A stretch of DNA of 64,000 bases from a virus: positions 64,001 through 128,000 of IMG/VR virus record IMGVR_UViG_3300043788_000114, one strand, 5' to 3'. Shown piece after piece: positions 33,998 through 45,714 of the stretch. The notes beneath the pieces were generated by a model. That model did not search any database. It was given only the letters and a program-made list of their open reading frames with translations, and was not told where the DNA came from. The translations under genes were made by a program, and so were the position numbers. The number at the start of each line of letters is the position of its first letter. Positions within the stretch are counted from its first letter, which is position 1.

Positions 33998-35886
33998 GGC
34001 TGAGCAAGATCGAACTGGAGAGCTACAGAAACCACGCACACTCCGTCATCGAGATAGGTGGCGCATCGTTCATTGTTTTTCGGGGTCCGAATCACGCCGG
34101 GAAGAGCAGCATCCGGGAAGCAATTTCGATGGGGCTCGCACTGACGACATCGAGTCTCGATCCACAAGGCCGAAACTTCACGCGCAAAATCAAGCGCGGC
34201 TCGGATAAGGGAGTGGTCAAGCTGGACATTCAGGGAAACCACCTGATCCAGCAGGTAGTGACGCTCAACACGAATACCACCGGTCGCACGGTTCGCTCGA
34301 CATGTATTGACGATCCAGATTGGAGGCCGCTACCATTCGATAACTTTCTTGAGCGATTCAAAGACGCTCTTTTGGTTGCGGCGAACACTGACTACTTCCT
34401 GCTGCGGATGGATGAGAACCGGCAGAAGAGTCTGCTAGCCAAACTGGCTCTGCCGGAGCGCTACGATTTCCCGGAAGAGATTGTGCAGGGCGTTGTAAAA
34501 GCTCTCGGAGAAGGCGCGATCAAATTCGATGGCGAGCCATTCGCCGTGATAGCTCAGGCCTACAAGAAACTCTACGAGGAGCGGGCCGTAGTCAATCGGC
34601 AGGTGAAGGACTTTGTGATCCCGGAGAAACTTCCCATTGTAACGGGAGTGGATTCCGATTCACTGCAAAAGAAACTGGGAGAAGCACGCGCCGAGCGCCA
34701 GAATATCGAAAGCGAGAAAGATGCTGCGGTGAAGGCGGCGGGCGACGTGGAAGTGAAGCGCGCCAAGATGACGACGAAGATGGACGGCCTCAAAGAGAGG
34801 TGCATCCAGCTTTCTACGCGCATAAAGGAGATTGAAAACGCTCTTCTGCCCGACGAGCAGATCGACTCGCTCAAGATTGTGGCGAAACGGAAAGAGGAGC
34901 ACGACAAGATCGTTACACGACTCTCCGAACTCGACACCAAAATCACGGATGCGAGAAAAGAGTGGGAGGCGTGGAAGAGTCTGGGAACTGATTTACTGCG
35001 CTGCCCAAAGTGCGAGCAGCCGATCACCAAGGAATACGTGGAAAGCAATGTGAGCGGATCGCTTGCTGTATTGGAAAACGCGAAAAGTTCACACGCTGAA
35101 TTGTTGACGGAACTCAAAGCACTGGGCGATGTGGACGGTGCGGTTGCCAGCATTGCAAAGCAGGAAACCGATCTGAGGGAGAAGGCCACTCTCCAAAAGA
35201 CGCTGGATGACACGATCAAGGAAGGCAGAGAGTTACGCAAGGATGTAGACGCGCTGGGTCCAGCGGTGAACGCAGCGGCGCAGTATGGCGATCCACTTGA
35301 AGCGGTGGATAAGAAGATCAACTGGATCGTTGAAGAACTGCGCCCGGTGATTGCCGCCGAGGAGAGAGTGAAGGAGATCAAGACCAAGACGGAGGCATTG
35401 GAGGTTCTGCAAAAGCAGGCGTCTCGGCTGGACGAACTTGTCAAGTATTTCGACAAGGATGGGATCAAAGCCAAACTTCTCGCGGAGCACATTGGCGGAT
35501 TCGAGAACAAGCTGAATGAGACGCTAGGCGCGTTCGGATACAAGTGCGCCCTATCCATCGAGCCCTACGAGATGCAAGTCACGAATACGGCTGGCGACAC
35601 GATCCTGACCACGGAACTATCCGACTCGGAGCAGTTGATGTTTTCCGTGGCTCTGCAATGCGCCGTGAGCCGGGTTGCTGGCATCGGCTTCATCGTGGCG
35701 GACCGGATGGATACCTTTCTTCCAGAAGAGCGCAAGAAGGCGAACAGGTGTCTATACATGATGGCCACTGACAAGATTCTGGAGCAGGTGATCATGGTCC
35801 TCTCCGATGAGAGCACGGAAGTGCCGAATCTACCGGGCTCCGCATTCTTCTTTGTGAACAAGGGCACGGTAAAGCGACTGGAGTAA
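33994..35886 (+). CDS. Rad50/SbcC-like ABC ATPase
   Basis: GPNHAGKSS, coiled coils, Zn hook CPKC, LSDSE signature. Confidence 0.88.
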   Translation: MRLSKIELESYRNHAHSVIEIGGASFIVFRGPNHAGKSSIREAISMGLALTTSSLDPQGRNFTRKIKRGSDKGVVKLDIQGNHLIQQVVTLNTNTTGRTVRSTCIDDPDWRPLPFDNFLERFKDALLVAANTDYFLLRMDENRQKSLLAKLALPERYDFPEEIVQGVVKALGEGAIKFDGEPFAVIAQAYKKLYEERAVVNRQVKDFVIPEKLPIVTGVDSDSLQKKLGEARAERQNIESEKDAAVKAAGDVEVKRAKMTTKMDGLKERCIQLSTRIKEIENALLPDEQIDSLKIVAKRKEEHDKIVTRLSELDTKITDARKEWEAWKSLGTDLLRCPKCEQPITKEYVESNVSGSLAVLENAKSSHAELLTELKALGDVDGAVASIAKQETDLREKATLQKTLDDTIKEGRELRKDVDALGPAVNAAAQYGDPLEAVDKKINWIVEELRPVIAAEERVKEIKTKTEALEVLQKQASRLDELVKYFDKDGIKAKLLAEHIGGFENKLNETLGAFGYKCALSIEPYEMQVTNTAGDTILTTELSDSEQLMFSVALQCAVSRVAGIGFIVADRMDTFLPEERKKANRCLYMMATDKILEQVIMVLSDESTEVPNLPGSAFFFVNKGTVKRLE

Positions 35887-35888
35887 GC

Positions 35889-36086
35889 ATGAAGACACCG
35901 TTCGGCGAGTTCATTGAAGACGAGAATATCCCAGAAGGTACGTTCTACATCATCAACCAGCGATACAAAACCGTGCAGGTGAATCAGGGAGAGCCGCCGA
36001 TTCTCAAAGAAGTGTTAGACATTGAAGCGACGGCCAACGCTTCTTTGGTCATCAAGAATATCGGAACAGGAAAGGAAAACAAATGA
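35889..36086 (+). CDS. hypothetical protein
   Basis: Coupled ORF. Confidence 0.6.
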   Translation: MKTPFGEFIEDENIPEGTFYIINQRYKTVQVNQGEPPILKEVLDIEATANASLVIKNIGTGKENK

Positions 36087-36283
36087 AGGGCACAGTGAAA
36101 TGGTTTAGCAAAGCGAAGGGATTTGGCTTCATCGGGCGCGAAGGCGGCGAGGACGTCTTCGTGCATTTCACAGGCATTGTCGCAGATGGCTACAAGGAAC
36201 TCAAGGAAGGCCAAAAAGTGGAGTTCGACATCGTGCAGGGCCAAAAAGGAAAACAGGCCGAGAATGTAGTTGTGGTGGGATGA
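36083..36283 (+). CDS. cspA: cold-shock protein
   Basis: GTVKWF..KGFGFI...DVFVHF. Confidence 0.97.
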   Translation: MKGTVKWFSKAKGFGFIGREGGEDVFVHFTGIVADGYKELKEGQKVEFDIVQGQKGKQAENVVVVG

Positions 36284-36849
36284 TGCCCAAGCCAATCGGT
36301 ACCGGCGTGCTATTTCAGAAAGATGTGCACGGAGACTTTATGAGGTTGACCGGCTCGCGCTACAACGCGATGATGGACAGGCTCGCCAAGAAAAAACTGA
36401 TCGACAAGGAACATCCCCCGTTTACGTGCGACCAGTACCGTGCGCAACTATTGACGGCCATGAATGGTAAAGAGGATGGAGCAGCAAAGTGCCGCTACTG
36501 TAATCTTTATTTCGGAATTTCTGATCTAGCGTCTGACCACGCAATACCGCTGCACAGGAAGGGATCGTTCGGCCTCGACAATATCGAATTCCCGTGCCGC
36601 GATTGCAATAATCAGAAAGGGAAGATGACGCCGGATGAGTTCCTAAAACTTCTGGCATTCCTTGAAACGCTTCCCTTTGCGCGGGTGGATATTCTTCATC
36701 GCCTGCAAATGAGCGTGCAGTTGGCGGCGGGGATGCGCAACCAAGCTCCAGTTGTGAAGGAACTCAAGGACAGCGGAGCGTGGGAGCAAGCACAGCGGAT
36801 TCGTAAGCAGCGCAAACGGGACAAGGAAGCGGGTCTGGGAGCGTTCTGA
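36280..36849 (+). CDS. HNH endonuclease
   Basis: CRYC..DHAIP..N...CRDCNNQKG. Confidence 0.88.
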   Translation: MMPKPIGTGVLFQKDVHGDFMRLTGSRYNAMMDRLAKKKLIDKEHPPFTCDQYRAQLLTAMNGKEDGAAKCRYCNLYFGISDLASDHAIPLHRKGSFGLDNIEFPCRDCNNQKGKMTPDEFLKLLAFLETLPFARVDILHRLQMSVQLAAGMRNQAPVVKELKDSGAWEQAQRIRKQRKRDKEAGLGAF

Positions 36850-37208
36850 TGCCGAAGAGAATACAGCGTAAGCGCACCAAAGGCTGGAAGATGCCAGCGA
36901 CGGCTGTTTATGTTGGAAGACCTTCTCTATACGGTAACCCATATCCAGTTTCGGTCTACGGTGTGGACCTGAGCCTCAAGCTATTCAGGAATACCGCAAA
37001 CGGAGTTTGGAATGCGGCGATGTTGCCGGGAGGATATAAATACGAGATCGCCGAGAAGCAACATTGTGCGTGGCTGCGAAGGTTTGGTAATCATCACCCC
37101 CAAGAGTCCATCAGGACGTACCTACGTGGGGTGGACCTTGCCTGCTGGTGCCCGCTGTCGCAACCATGTCACGCAGATATTCTTTTGGAGATCGCAAATG
37201 AAGGCTGA
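36849..37208 (+). CDS. DUF4326 protein
   Basis: YVGRPSLYGNPY, LRGVDLACWCP, CHADIL. Confidence 0.92.
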   Translation: MPKRIQRKRTKGWKMPATAVYVGRPSLYGNPYPVSVYGVDLSLKLFRNTANGVWNAAMLPGGYKYEIAEKQHCAWLRRFGNHHPQESIRTYLRGVDLACWCPLSQPCHADILLEIANEG

Positions 37209-37457
37209 GACGGTTTTGAAGAGCATCAACGAAGCTATTTCATTGGTGGAGTCAGCGTGTTATTTCAGCCAGCACGATATGCCGGAATCAACACAGGAGA
37301 AGTGCTGCGAGGCTATCGGACATCTGAAAGCTACGAAACTCCACCTTGAAGCTGACGGAGAGGTGCCGCATGAAGGCTCTTAGCATCCGCGCCCCGTGGT
37401 GGTGGGCGATCCTGCATGGGAATTGACCGTAGTGTTTATTTGTGTCACAATCTCATC

Positions 37458-37598
37458 ATGAATAAGAAACGCAAACCGGGAGGCGGACGTAAGAAGATTT
37501 TCACTCTCTGTCCATACTGTAAAAAGTCCTTTAGTGCAAGAGAGTTCCGAGCACATCTGCCTAAGTGTAATCATAGGCCAGATCAAAGGGTGCGATAA
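37458..37598 (+). CDS. small Zn-finger protein
   Basis: CPYC...HLPKC. Confidence 0.6.
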   Translation: MNKKRKPGGGRKKIFTLCPYCKKSFSAREFRAHLPKCNHRPDQRVR

Positions 37599-38243
37599 AT
37601 GGGGAGAGGATTGGGTGTTAGAGGGCACAAACGAATAGTTGCTCCAGCCGGAGAGAAAATTCGTAAGAATCGTGTATGCCCATTTACATGCGGTTGGAAT
37701 CTTTCCTGTGCGTGCGGATGGTACGGGGGCCATTTTCCTAACAACACTGCGGCTGATATTGCCTATTCCGCTCACATAAAGGCGATCCTTGCCGAACTTT
37801 TCACGTGTGAGACATGTGGTGGTCAGTACGATATTTCTAAGATGAGAAAAGACTATCGCTACATGTGCAAGCGATGCGGCAATAAAAAAGGAAACGCTTG
37901 GCAGAAACAGAACACGGAAGCTAGCCAGCACCACAAGAGGCGGCACTACTACCGAAACACTTATGGGATAACCATTGAGGAATTTGACGCGTTACTAGCT
38001 TCACAGGAGGGAACCTGCGCGATTTGCAGGAGGAAGATCATGGACCCGCGCGGCTACCATCCCCACGTAGACCACGATCACATAACTGGCAAGGTGCGCG
38101 GCGTCCTATGTTTTAGCTGCAACATAGGACTCGGCGGGTTCAAAGACAACGCTGAATTTCTACGCGCTGCGATTGACTATCTGGAACACCACGCCAAGCC
38201 GATCCCCTTTCAAGGGCGCACTAGGATTTTTCAATGTACCTGA
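37599..38243 (+). CDS. endonuclease VII domain protein
   Basis: YGIT, QEGTCAIC, VDHDHITGKVRGVLCFSCN. Confidence 0.92.
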   Translation: MGRGLGVRGHKRIVAPAGEKIRKNRVCPFTCGWNLSCACGWYGGHFPNNTAADIAYSAHIKAILAELFTCETCGGQYDISKMRKDYRYMCKRCGNKKGNAWQKQNTEASQHHKRRHYYRNTYGITIEEFDALLASQEGTCAICRRKIMDPRGYHPHVDHDHITGKVRGVLCFSCNIGLGGFKDNAEFLRAAIDYLEHHAKPIPFQGRTRIFQCT

Positions 38244-38272
38244 CGCAATAAGTCTTTATTGAGAGGAGCACC

Positions 38273-40011
38273 ATGCCAAAACGGCTCGACAAAGAAACCT
38301 TGTATCTGAGACACGATTTTTCAGATGCGGAACGGCTCGAAATGGGCACCAACCTCGCGCAAGCGCACAACCGCCTCGCCCAGATAGACGAGGAAGAGCA
38401 AGTCATCAAGGCACAGATCAAGGACAAGAAAGCGACGGTGGAGCAGACCATTGGGAGCCTCGCCAGAAATCTGAGCACCGGATGGGAAATGCAGAATGTG
38501 ATTTGTTCGGCCAAGTGGGATGATCCTCACGTTGGGGAAGTGACGTACTACGACCCTGACGGGAAGGCAGTCAAGACACGCGCCATGAGCGAGCAGGAGC
38601 GCCAGTTGGACCTACCGCTGGAGGAGCCAGCCACGGAAGCAGCAGTTGAGGCGTCGGTAGCCAAGTCCGCCGAGGCTGTAGACGACTTCTTTGGCAAGCC
38701 AGATGGCGAGGAGCCGGACGGTGAAGCCGATGAGCGACCTCAAGCCGCCCAGCCGAAATCTGGCCCCGCCGAGCTACAGGCCTTTCACGATACTGAAGTG
38801 GCAAAAGAAGAGAAACGTGGACGGGGAAGGCCCAAGAAGACGGCTGATTTTTAGGTAGCAAATCCTGACGGGCCGGGGCTACAGTCGAAGAGGACAAGCT
38901 CCGGTACCGCGCGGGATGCGGAGGAGAGAAGAATGGGTCACAGATGGGATTGTCCGACTGACTACGAAGCTGAGCGCGAAGGAGGAAGAGCAGCCGAGCG
39001 TGGGCGCTCCATCTATTCAAACCCCTATTCCGATCACGGATTCCAGCCATGTCACGAAGCGGAAGAAAATTGGGAGCGTGGATTTCGACGTGAGCAGCGT
39101 GCGATAGAAGATCGCCAAGAAGAGGAGCGCATGGAGGCACGTCGCGCGGAGCAACGGCGGGAGGAAGCGCGGTGGGAAGAATATTGGTCTCAGCAACAGT
39201 ATGAAGAGCAGGAATATCCTGAACCTCCAACCGAAGAAGCACCTAGCGCCTGACCCGGCGCAGCGAGGGGAGTATGGACGACGAGGACGGAATTGTGATC
39301 ACTAAAATCGAAGTTAGCTTTGCGCGTCCTGTTGAGTTGACGCAGCGGGAAATGCAGGCGATCCATGAGATCGTTGGAAATGCGGCGAGACGTACAGAAA
39401 CTCCCGAGTTCGTCCATTGGGCCGCTGGGACTGGATCAAAACCAAATTGGTCGAAAACCGATTGCAAGATATTCAGCTATGAACCAACCGCCGACTCGCC
39501 TGAAAGCGGAGAGCCTACTTGGGATGATTCGGTGTACTTCATAGAAACTGCGACGCGGGAACGTTACGACAGTGAGCCGTTCAAGCCCTACCAGAAGCCC
39601 AAGACTCAGGCTGATCGTTTCTGCGAGTTATTGGAAGCCATTGATCAGCGGTGCGCTGCGGCTGATGGACCTGTGACGCCAACACTACTAGAAGCGACTG
39701 CGGATGAGTTGAGGAAGTTGTATGTATTCGCTGACAGGATACGCAAATCGGCAATCTGACAACGAGCGCGGACTGAGAGGACTGAAGGCATGATCGACAT
39801 GAAGGCGAATCAGTCGATGCCAAGGGGTTTAGCGATTTGTACATTAGCCGTAGGGGCGTTTGCTGTTTGGTGCGTGTGGGAATCTTTTCACAATGAGGCC
39901 ATCGCTATACGCGTATTGGCCATACTTTTCGGAGTCACTGCGTTGGCTGCGCTTTTAGGATTCTTGCTTATTATGATAAACGCCGTTTTATCACTGTTTG
40001 GGAAAGGTTGA
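38273..40011 (+). other. hypothetical genes (38273-38854, 38933-39253, 39274-39759, 39790-40011)
   Basis: Plus-strand ORFs with SD sequences. Confidence 0.7.
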
Positions 40012-40014
40012 GGC

Positions 40015-40683
40015 ATGATCGACAGCGAGAGAGTAGAGGCAGAGTTGAAACCATGTCCGTTCTGCGGGAGCGCAGATGTGGGGGTAACTCAAGGTGGTTG
40101 GTTCTTTTGGACGCGGTGTCGTCAGTGCAAAGCGCAAGGAGCCTCGGAGGGCACGTTTGAAAAAGCGATGACAACATGGAACACCCGCGCCGCCCTCACC
40201 GCCGACGAGCAGCCGGTCGCACCGAAGAACTGGGCTAGCAGCGATCCAGAGGCGCATCGGCAGGCTTATGCTGACGCGCGCGATCAATCTCCCGCCCCCG
40301 AGCCGTTCGTGTACAAGGACGCGGATGCAGCCCAGCAATACGCAAGTGGAAACGGAGAACATGGAGAACCAACTCCCGCGCAGGGACGGTGGATTACACT
40401 GGACGCCCATCAAGCAGAGATTGAGTCCATCGACCGTGAGTGGGAGAAGGCAATCTTGGCGGACGCATTGGTGCTGCACGCGAGCGAGAGTCATCCTATG
40501 CGGAAGGAAAGGTTGGCGTACATTAACCGGCTCCGCGCCCGTCTCACAGCGCGCGAGAGAGTGACAGGCCAGCATACCTATAGCTACGAGACAGTGCGCG
40601 GCTTGGTAAAGTGGCGCGATGAGAGGATTGTCGCATTAGAATTGGAACTCGCCCAGCATAAGGCAGTGAAGGAGGGACAGTGA
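40015..40683 (+). CDS. Lar-family (restriction alleviation) Zn-domain protein
   Basis: ELKPCPFCGS...CRQC..WNTR. Confidence 0.8.
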   Translation: MIDSERVEAELKPCPFCGSADVGVTQGGWFFWTRCRQCKAQGASEGTFEKAMTTWNTRAALTADEQPVAPKNWASSDPEAHRQAYADARDQSPAPEPFVYKDADAAQQYASGNGEHGEPTPAQGRWITLDAHQAEIESIDREWEKAILADALVLHASESHPMRKERLAYINRLRARLTARERVTGQHTYSYETVRGLVKWRDERIVALELELAQHKAVKEGQ

Positions 40684-41877
40684 GCGACGGAATCAATGAC
40701 GGCCACGCATACACGCAGGGAGCACCGATAAGCGTTACGGGCAAGAGTCCGCGCCGCGAGTTGGCTGAAATGAACGAACAAACGAACATGCTCCGTAAGC
40801 AGGAGCAAATGTTTCGGAGCAAACCAGTGACCGATAACCCGAAGGTGCCCATCGCGGAAGATTTGCGCGGGTTGCACACGCAGGCCGTGACAGACAAGTC
40901 GGGTCCATCTACCGTGCGGGGATTTTTGTACGCGAATATCCAGCAACTCATCCTGCGCACCTCCCGCGCCGAGGCCGCGCTGGAAGCCTTGCAGTGGACC
41001 CCGATAAGCGCGAAGGAATTGCCCGAGATAGGGGATGAGGTGCTTTGCTGGAACAACGGTCAGCCCATGGTTGGCAATGTTCTGGAACCGCTGCCCGTCA
41101 AACGTTTCCGGCTCCGAGCAGCAAAGAGAAATGGCTGGACCCACCGCCGCCCGCTCACCCCACCCCGCAGAGAGGAGAAGCAACCATGAAAATGAGAATG
41201 AAAATCCTGATCGTTGTGCTCCTGTCACTAGCAGCGAGCAACGTGACTGTACATTCACAATCATGGCAGTCGTCACAATTCCACCCACCAAAGACAACGG
41301 TGTGGGTCATCATCGGCTATTCGTTGGACCTGAACTGCGATAAGAGCGGCTGTCTCGGGGTCAACGCCTACTGGACCGGCTTAGATAAGCCGTTTCGAGA
41401 TCATTGGCCGAATGGCTGGTCGCCCAACTGGAAAGACGCCAAAAGATATGGCAAAGATGATCCAGACCCTTACTACGACGTTCCTAACGGGATGCACTGT
41501 TGCTACTCGGAATACCCAACGCCCATCAACTCAAAGACAGGCAGAGAAGACTACAAGGGAATTCCTTAGCGAGGAGAAGCCGAATGGCGAACGGAGTTAA
41601 AGCAACCACCTACGGTCATGAATTCACCGGAGCGGATAAGGACATCGATCCTGATGACATCTACGTGAGACGATGTGACTACGCCGCCCTTGGGCAGGAG
41701 AACGCGCAACTGCGGGAGGAGAATACGAAGTTGAAGCAGCCGGTGAGCGATGCGGAGAAGATTCGCAGTATTGCGCTTGCGGCGGCGAGAGAGATTGCTG
41801 AGAGCTTCAATATCTCGACGCCGCGCGGGATGAGCTACAGCAATGGGATTCTGCACACGATCAGGGATCATCATTGA
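40680..41877 (+). other. hypothetical genes (40680-41189; secreted 41186-41569; 41584-41877)
   Basis: Coupled ORFs; signal peptide in 41186-41569. Confidence 0.6.
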
Positions 41878-42060
41878 AACGCATCTGCGCGGCGAATCGC
41901 GTGAATCCCTCCTCGCCGCCCGCTCCCAGACTGAGGGTGGCAAGTAGTTTCTGATAGTTAAGCTAGTTTTGTATCAAATAAGACATTTTCATACACACCA
42001 CGTTATTCCATGCAGGTTAGCGCAGAGCAGGCGCAGGAATGAGAAAACTTTTGGTTCCTG

Positions 42061-42771
42061 TCAGGCCGCTTTCTGACGTTCTCTGGCCAGAATCTTGGCA
42101 ACGACCGACGCGCGCCATGACTTGCCTCTGCGGGATGGAATGCCAGCCGAATTGAGGTTTGCCGCGATGGAGCCGCAGGCGACATTGGCCCGGTGCCACG
42201 CGAGGATCATGCGCAATGGCTCGGCCTCTCCGGGTTTCTGACCATACGGTTTTCTTCCCTCAGCGTTCTTATTTAAGGCCGGGTCCGGCGAGTAGTTCTT
42301 CGCCCCCGGCGCGCGGCCTTGCTCCTTTATCCGCTCTCGCGCGGCCTTTAATTTGCTCGTGATCATGGCGCGCTCGTACTGGAAGAAGGCTCCGAGAATC
42401 TGCCGGATCACTGTGCGGGTGGGATCGGCGGAGAACAGATCGGGCTCTGAGACGGAGATGAGGGTAATCCCCTTGCGTTGTAGGTCTTGGACGATGGATT
42501 CCTGAATCATCAGGTCTCTCGCCAGCCGATCTAACTTCTCGATCAGCAGGATGCGTGTCCCATTCGCCAGCAGGGCATCGATGCAGGCCCGGAGCGCGGG
42601 CCGGTTGTCGAGTTCAGACTTTCCCGTGACGCCCCTCTCCGGGTAGGAGACGACGATTTTAAGGTCGTTCTTGGCCGCAAAGTGCTCGCAGGCAGCGAAC
42701 TGGCGCGGGAAACCATCCCCATCGGCCTGAGAGAGACCAGAGACGCGCAGGTAGGCGAAGGCGCTATCCAC
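42061..42771 (-). CDS. serine recombinase (resolvase/invertase family)
   Basis: AYLRVS, ERGVTG, RPAL, KLDRLAR, ER..I. Confidence 0.93.
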   Translation of the reverse strand: MDSAFAYLRVSGLSQADGDGFPRQFAACEHFAAKNDLKIVVSYPERGVTGKSELDNRPALRACIDALLANGTRILLIEKLDRLARDLMIQESIVQDLQRKGITLISVSEPDLFSADPTRTVIRQILGAFFQYERAMITSKLKAARERIKEQGRAPGAKNYSPDPALNKNAEGRKPYGQKPGEAEPLRMILAWHRANVACGSIAANLNSAGIPSRRGKSWRASVVAKILARERQKAA

Positions 42772-42954
42772 GTGTCCTCAGCCTCCTGTAAATGAAGAAT
42801 CCAAGGCACACAGCGAGGCAAATCTGGCTCGTTATCCAGAACGGATCGTCCCATAAACTGCGATACCTAGAGCCAAACAGGTGAATCCCAGCAATCACGT
42901 AGCACACGGTGCTCACTACGAGAAACCCTGCGTTGACGGTCAATGCGATCTTTC

Positions 42955-43230
42955 TCACGGCTTCACCGCCTTGGCGAGCGCCGTATTTGCTTTCAGGACT
43001 GCGTACATCAGAGGTGACCCAAACTTCACATCGCCGATTTCGTCACGTAGCTTTTCCAGCGCCGCGTACAGGTCCGGCGCGGCGGCTATCAGGCGAGCGT
43101 TGGCTTCGCCCGTGTATACAGTCTCCACAAGGTTGCCGTCAGCATCGTGGATCATAAAGCCTTGGTCGAACTTAGTGAGCGTCCACGGCCCCGGTGCAAA
43201 CCTGAGCACCTCAGAAGAATTCTGTGTCAT
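42955..43230 (-). CDS. second PGPW...ANARLIAAAP family protein
   Basis: Shares 133 bp with 23780-24064. Confidence 0.8.
   Translation of the reverse strand: MTQNSSEVLRFAPGPWTLTKFDQGFMIHDADGNLVETVYTGEANARLIAAAPDLYAALEKLRDEIGDVKFGSPLMYAVLKANTALAKAVKP
43064..43196 (-). repeat. 133-bp perfect inverted repeat, copy 2
   Basis: See 23799-23931. Confidence 0.95.
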
Positions 43231-44480
43231 CGCTATTCCTCACTTTCAAAGGTTTCGGTAGTTCGATCTTCGGTCGCTTGGCAGGCTTGCGTTTCTTCTT
43301 CACACCGTCCCACTCGCGGCTACGGCAGAATTTGCAGTGCGACGGCGGGCGCTTGGACAGGGTGAGCCATGCTTTCCCACATCCTTGCACTTCACACTGG
43401 CACTCAAGAGCGGATACCTGAACGATCCTCTTCATGCTTGCAACATCCCAGAGCGGAGTTCATCCAACGCCGCCTGCTCGCGGGCCATGACGCGCGACCA
43501 TGTGGCTACCTTTGCTTTAACCCACGGCACTTTCCAATCGAGAGTGCGCGTGGCCTTCAATTCGGTTTCTACCGCGTATATTTCCTGCTCGACATTCGCG
43601 ATCTGCTTCAGGCGCTCACGCGTAAACTTCGCAGCTTCATCCCACAATTCCTTTTGACTGACGCGCGCCAAGATTTTCACGTAGAGATCGTTTGTCGTGA
43701 AGAATGCCCACACAGGTTCATTATTGAGCGTGCTGCCACGGCGGTGAATCTCCACATTCCCCCAGTGCTTCCTCACAAACTCCTCGTTCGCATCCATCAC
43801 ACACCTGCTTTCGGATGGTTGTGGTCCCAGAAGATCGACTTCTCAATCTGGTTACGGGAGACTTCAACGTGTTCCCCATCAAAATCCAGAATGATCGAGT
43901 CCGGGTCAGTGCTGGGGCCGACGACGCGACCGAACTCCTCGCGGCGCTTGTGCCAGACGGTCACGCCCGCAGGCGGATCAGGATATGCTTCGTACATGGG
44001 TATCTCCTTCAATGCGTGGTAGCCAGTGCCGCCGCAGGTTAGAGAACGGCACATCGATCTTCTCTTCCGGTAGTCCCAAGAGGATCGCCTTCTCGGCCAT
44101 CCCGTAGGCTGTTTCCAGATAGCGCCGGTTGATGTCCGCATCGCGGTAAGGAGCAAGACGGAGTGCCCGGTAATACTCGACGATGGCCATCTTGCGGTAC
44201 CAATCCGCCACATAGGGATCAGGCACGACAGCTTGATCGAGCGCGCGCAGGATCGACCGTATCTCCTCCCGGACAGACGGCATCACCGGCCTCGCTTCTT
44301 TGGTTGGCTATCATCATCCTTGCGTCGTTTGTCAACACCGTTCCACGTGTACCGGTGGCACCAGTTACAACGCGTGGGAATGCGTTCGTCCTTCGAGAGC
44401 CACGGCTTACCTTTGCCGATGCAGTCATCTAACTCGCACCGGCATTCATTCACTTTTTTCGTTATGACTTTGACGCTCAT
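43211..44480 (-). other. small genes, incl. two paralogous Zn-ribbon proteins (43211-43435, 44283-44480) and 43432-43800, 43797-43997, 43978-44286
   Basis: CxCE..C..W....P..C..C...W[DN]G in both paralogs. Confidence 0.65.
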
Positions 44481-45313
44481 TGCTTCGCCTTTCCGCGCTC
44501 TGCTTCTAGCGCCTCCAGATAGAGTTTCTGTGCCTTGGCCACGTGCTCCTCGGTCTGCGGTACCCCGCCAGTGTTTATCGATAGGAACAGCCATAGGATG
44601 TCAGCCTTCGACACTTTCTCAGAATGCATAGTGGCTATCTGGACCGTCAGGTCCTCGAACACATTCTTGTCATCACGGCTGAACTGGAACCACGTCTTAC
44701 CTTCATAAGGGAAACGTCCCTGAGTGAAGTCTAGGATCGCATTGAGGCGTTGCTTTCCGTCGACTACTTCGTAACGATTCTCCGGATAAGGACGCTCAAG
44801 AAAGACAAACTTCCCTATGTCCATCCTGTTCATAATGCTCTTGACGAGACGCTGTTTGTCTTCGAGCGTCCACACGTAGTCACGCTGGTAGTCTGGCGAG
44901 TCGAGCAACCCTCTCCAATAGGCGTAGTGCAACAGGGCACCCATCGAAGTCTGGGTGTATTGAATGTTGATTCGCGGGCGACCGAAAGCGGTGTCTTCTT
45001 CGAGCGCGATAGGATCAACCGACGTCCACCACACTAACACTGGAATACGGCGGTGGTTGTCCCAGTCCTTCCCGTAAGTAGTTCCACGGTCATGGACGCT
45101 GAGATGGAGCAGGCGACCATCCTTGAGAACTTCTTCCACCCTCGGCTCGTGACGGGCACCGTAGCGAACCGACTCTCCAACCTTGAATGGATAGTTGGAC
45201 GGCGGCACGTTGGCGTCGTAGTCCCCAGAATGAACATGGAAACTTTTCCACTCTCTGGCGAGAAACTCTTCGTAGGTCTGCGGCTCTTTGATTTTCGGTT
45301 CACGCTTTGCCAT
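44477..45313 (-). CDS. DUF262 (ParB-like) domain protein
   Basis: PDYQRDYVW, VVDGKQRL, F.SINTGG. Confidence 0.9.
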   Translation of the reverse strand: MAKREPKIKEPQTYEEFLAREWKSFHVHSGDYDANVPPSNYPFKVGESVRYGARHEPRVEEVLKDGRLLHLSVHDRGTTYGKDWDNHRRIPVLVWWTSVDPIALEEDTAFGRPRINIQYTQTSMGALLHYAYWRGLLDSPDYQRDYVWTLEDKQRLVKSIMNRMDIGKFVFLERPYPENRYEVVDGKQRLNAILDFTQGRFPYEGKTWFQFSRDDKNVFEDLTVQIATMHSEKVSKADILWLFLSINTGGVPQTEEHVAKAQKLYLEALEAERGKAKQ

Positions 45314-45714
45314 CACTGCTCTCCTTCTTTCTTCCACATCGTCATCAATCCACGGCCCAGTACGCGGGCCTCGTCCACGGACATGTCAATCGTCAAGCGC
45401 CGGTCGTCATCGCTGTCAAAGTTGATATGGACGCGCTCCGGTCCATCATTACGCTGCGATCCGCTAACATGCGCCTCGCAGAGGACAGGTTTCTTGGATC
45501 GCCGCTTTCCGAATCGTGGCCACGCCATCATCGCTCATTCTCCGCTTGTGCTGCTCGTTCTCTGCCGGTGACGGGCAGAGGTTTGACAGTTCCTTTTCCG
45601 AGGCACCATGGACACACGCGACTTACCCGCACTGTCATGGGCCTGCCATAGATACCGCTCACATCCTTCTGGCCGAAGAGCCAGCGTTCGCCCCCGCATA
45701 CCGTGCAAACCCGT

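Noticed and set aside
38856-38930. Possible c-di-GMP riboswitch (GCAAA-containing hairpin)
   Set aside because: Lacks the two-hairpin GEMM consensus.
41860-41946. Possible programmed frameshift extending ORF 41584-41877
   Set aside because: A plausible alternate-frame tail exists, but there is no slippery site; it cannot be distinguished from an indel or sequencing error.
23799-43196. 133-bp repeat pair as a DGR template/variable repeat
   Set aside because: The copies are identical with no adenine-specific differences, and no reverse transcriptase is present in the window.
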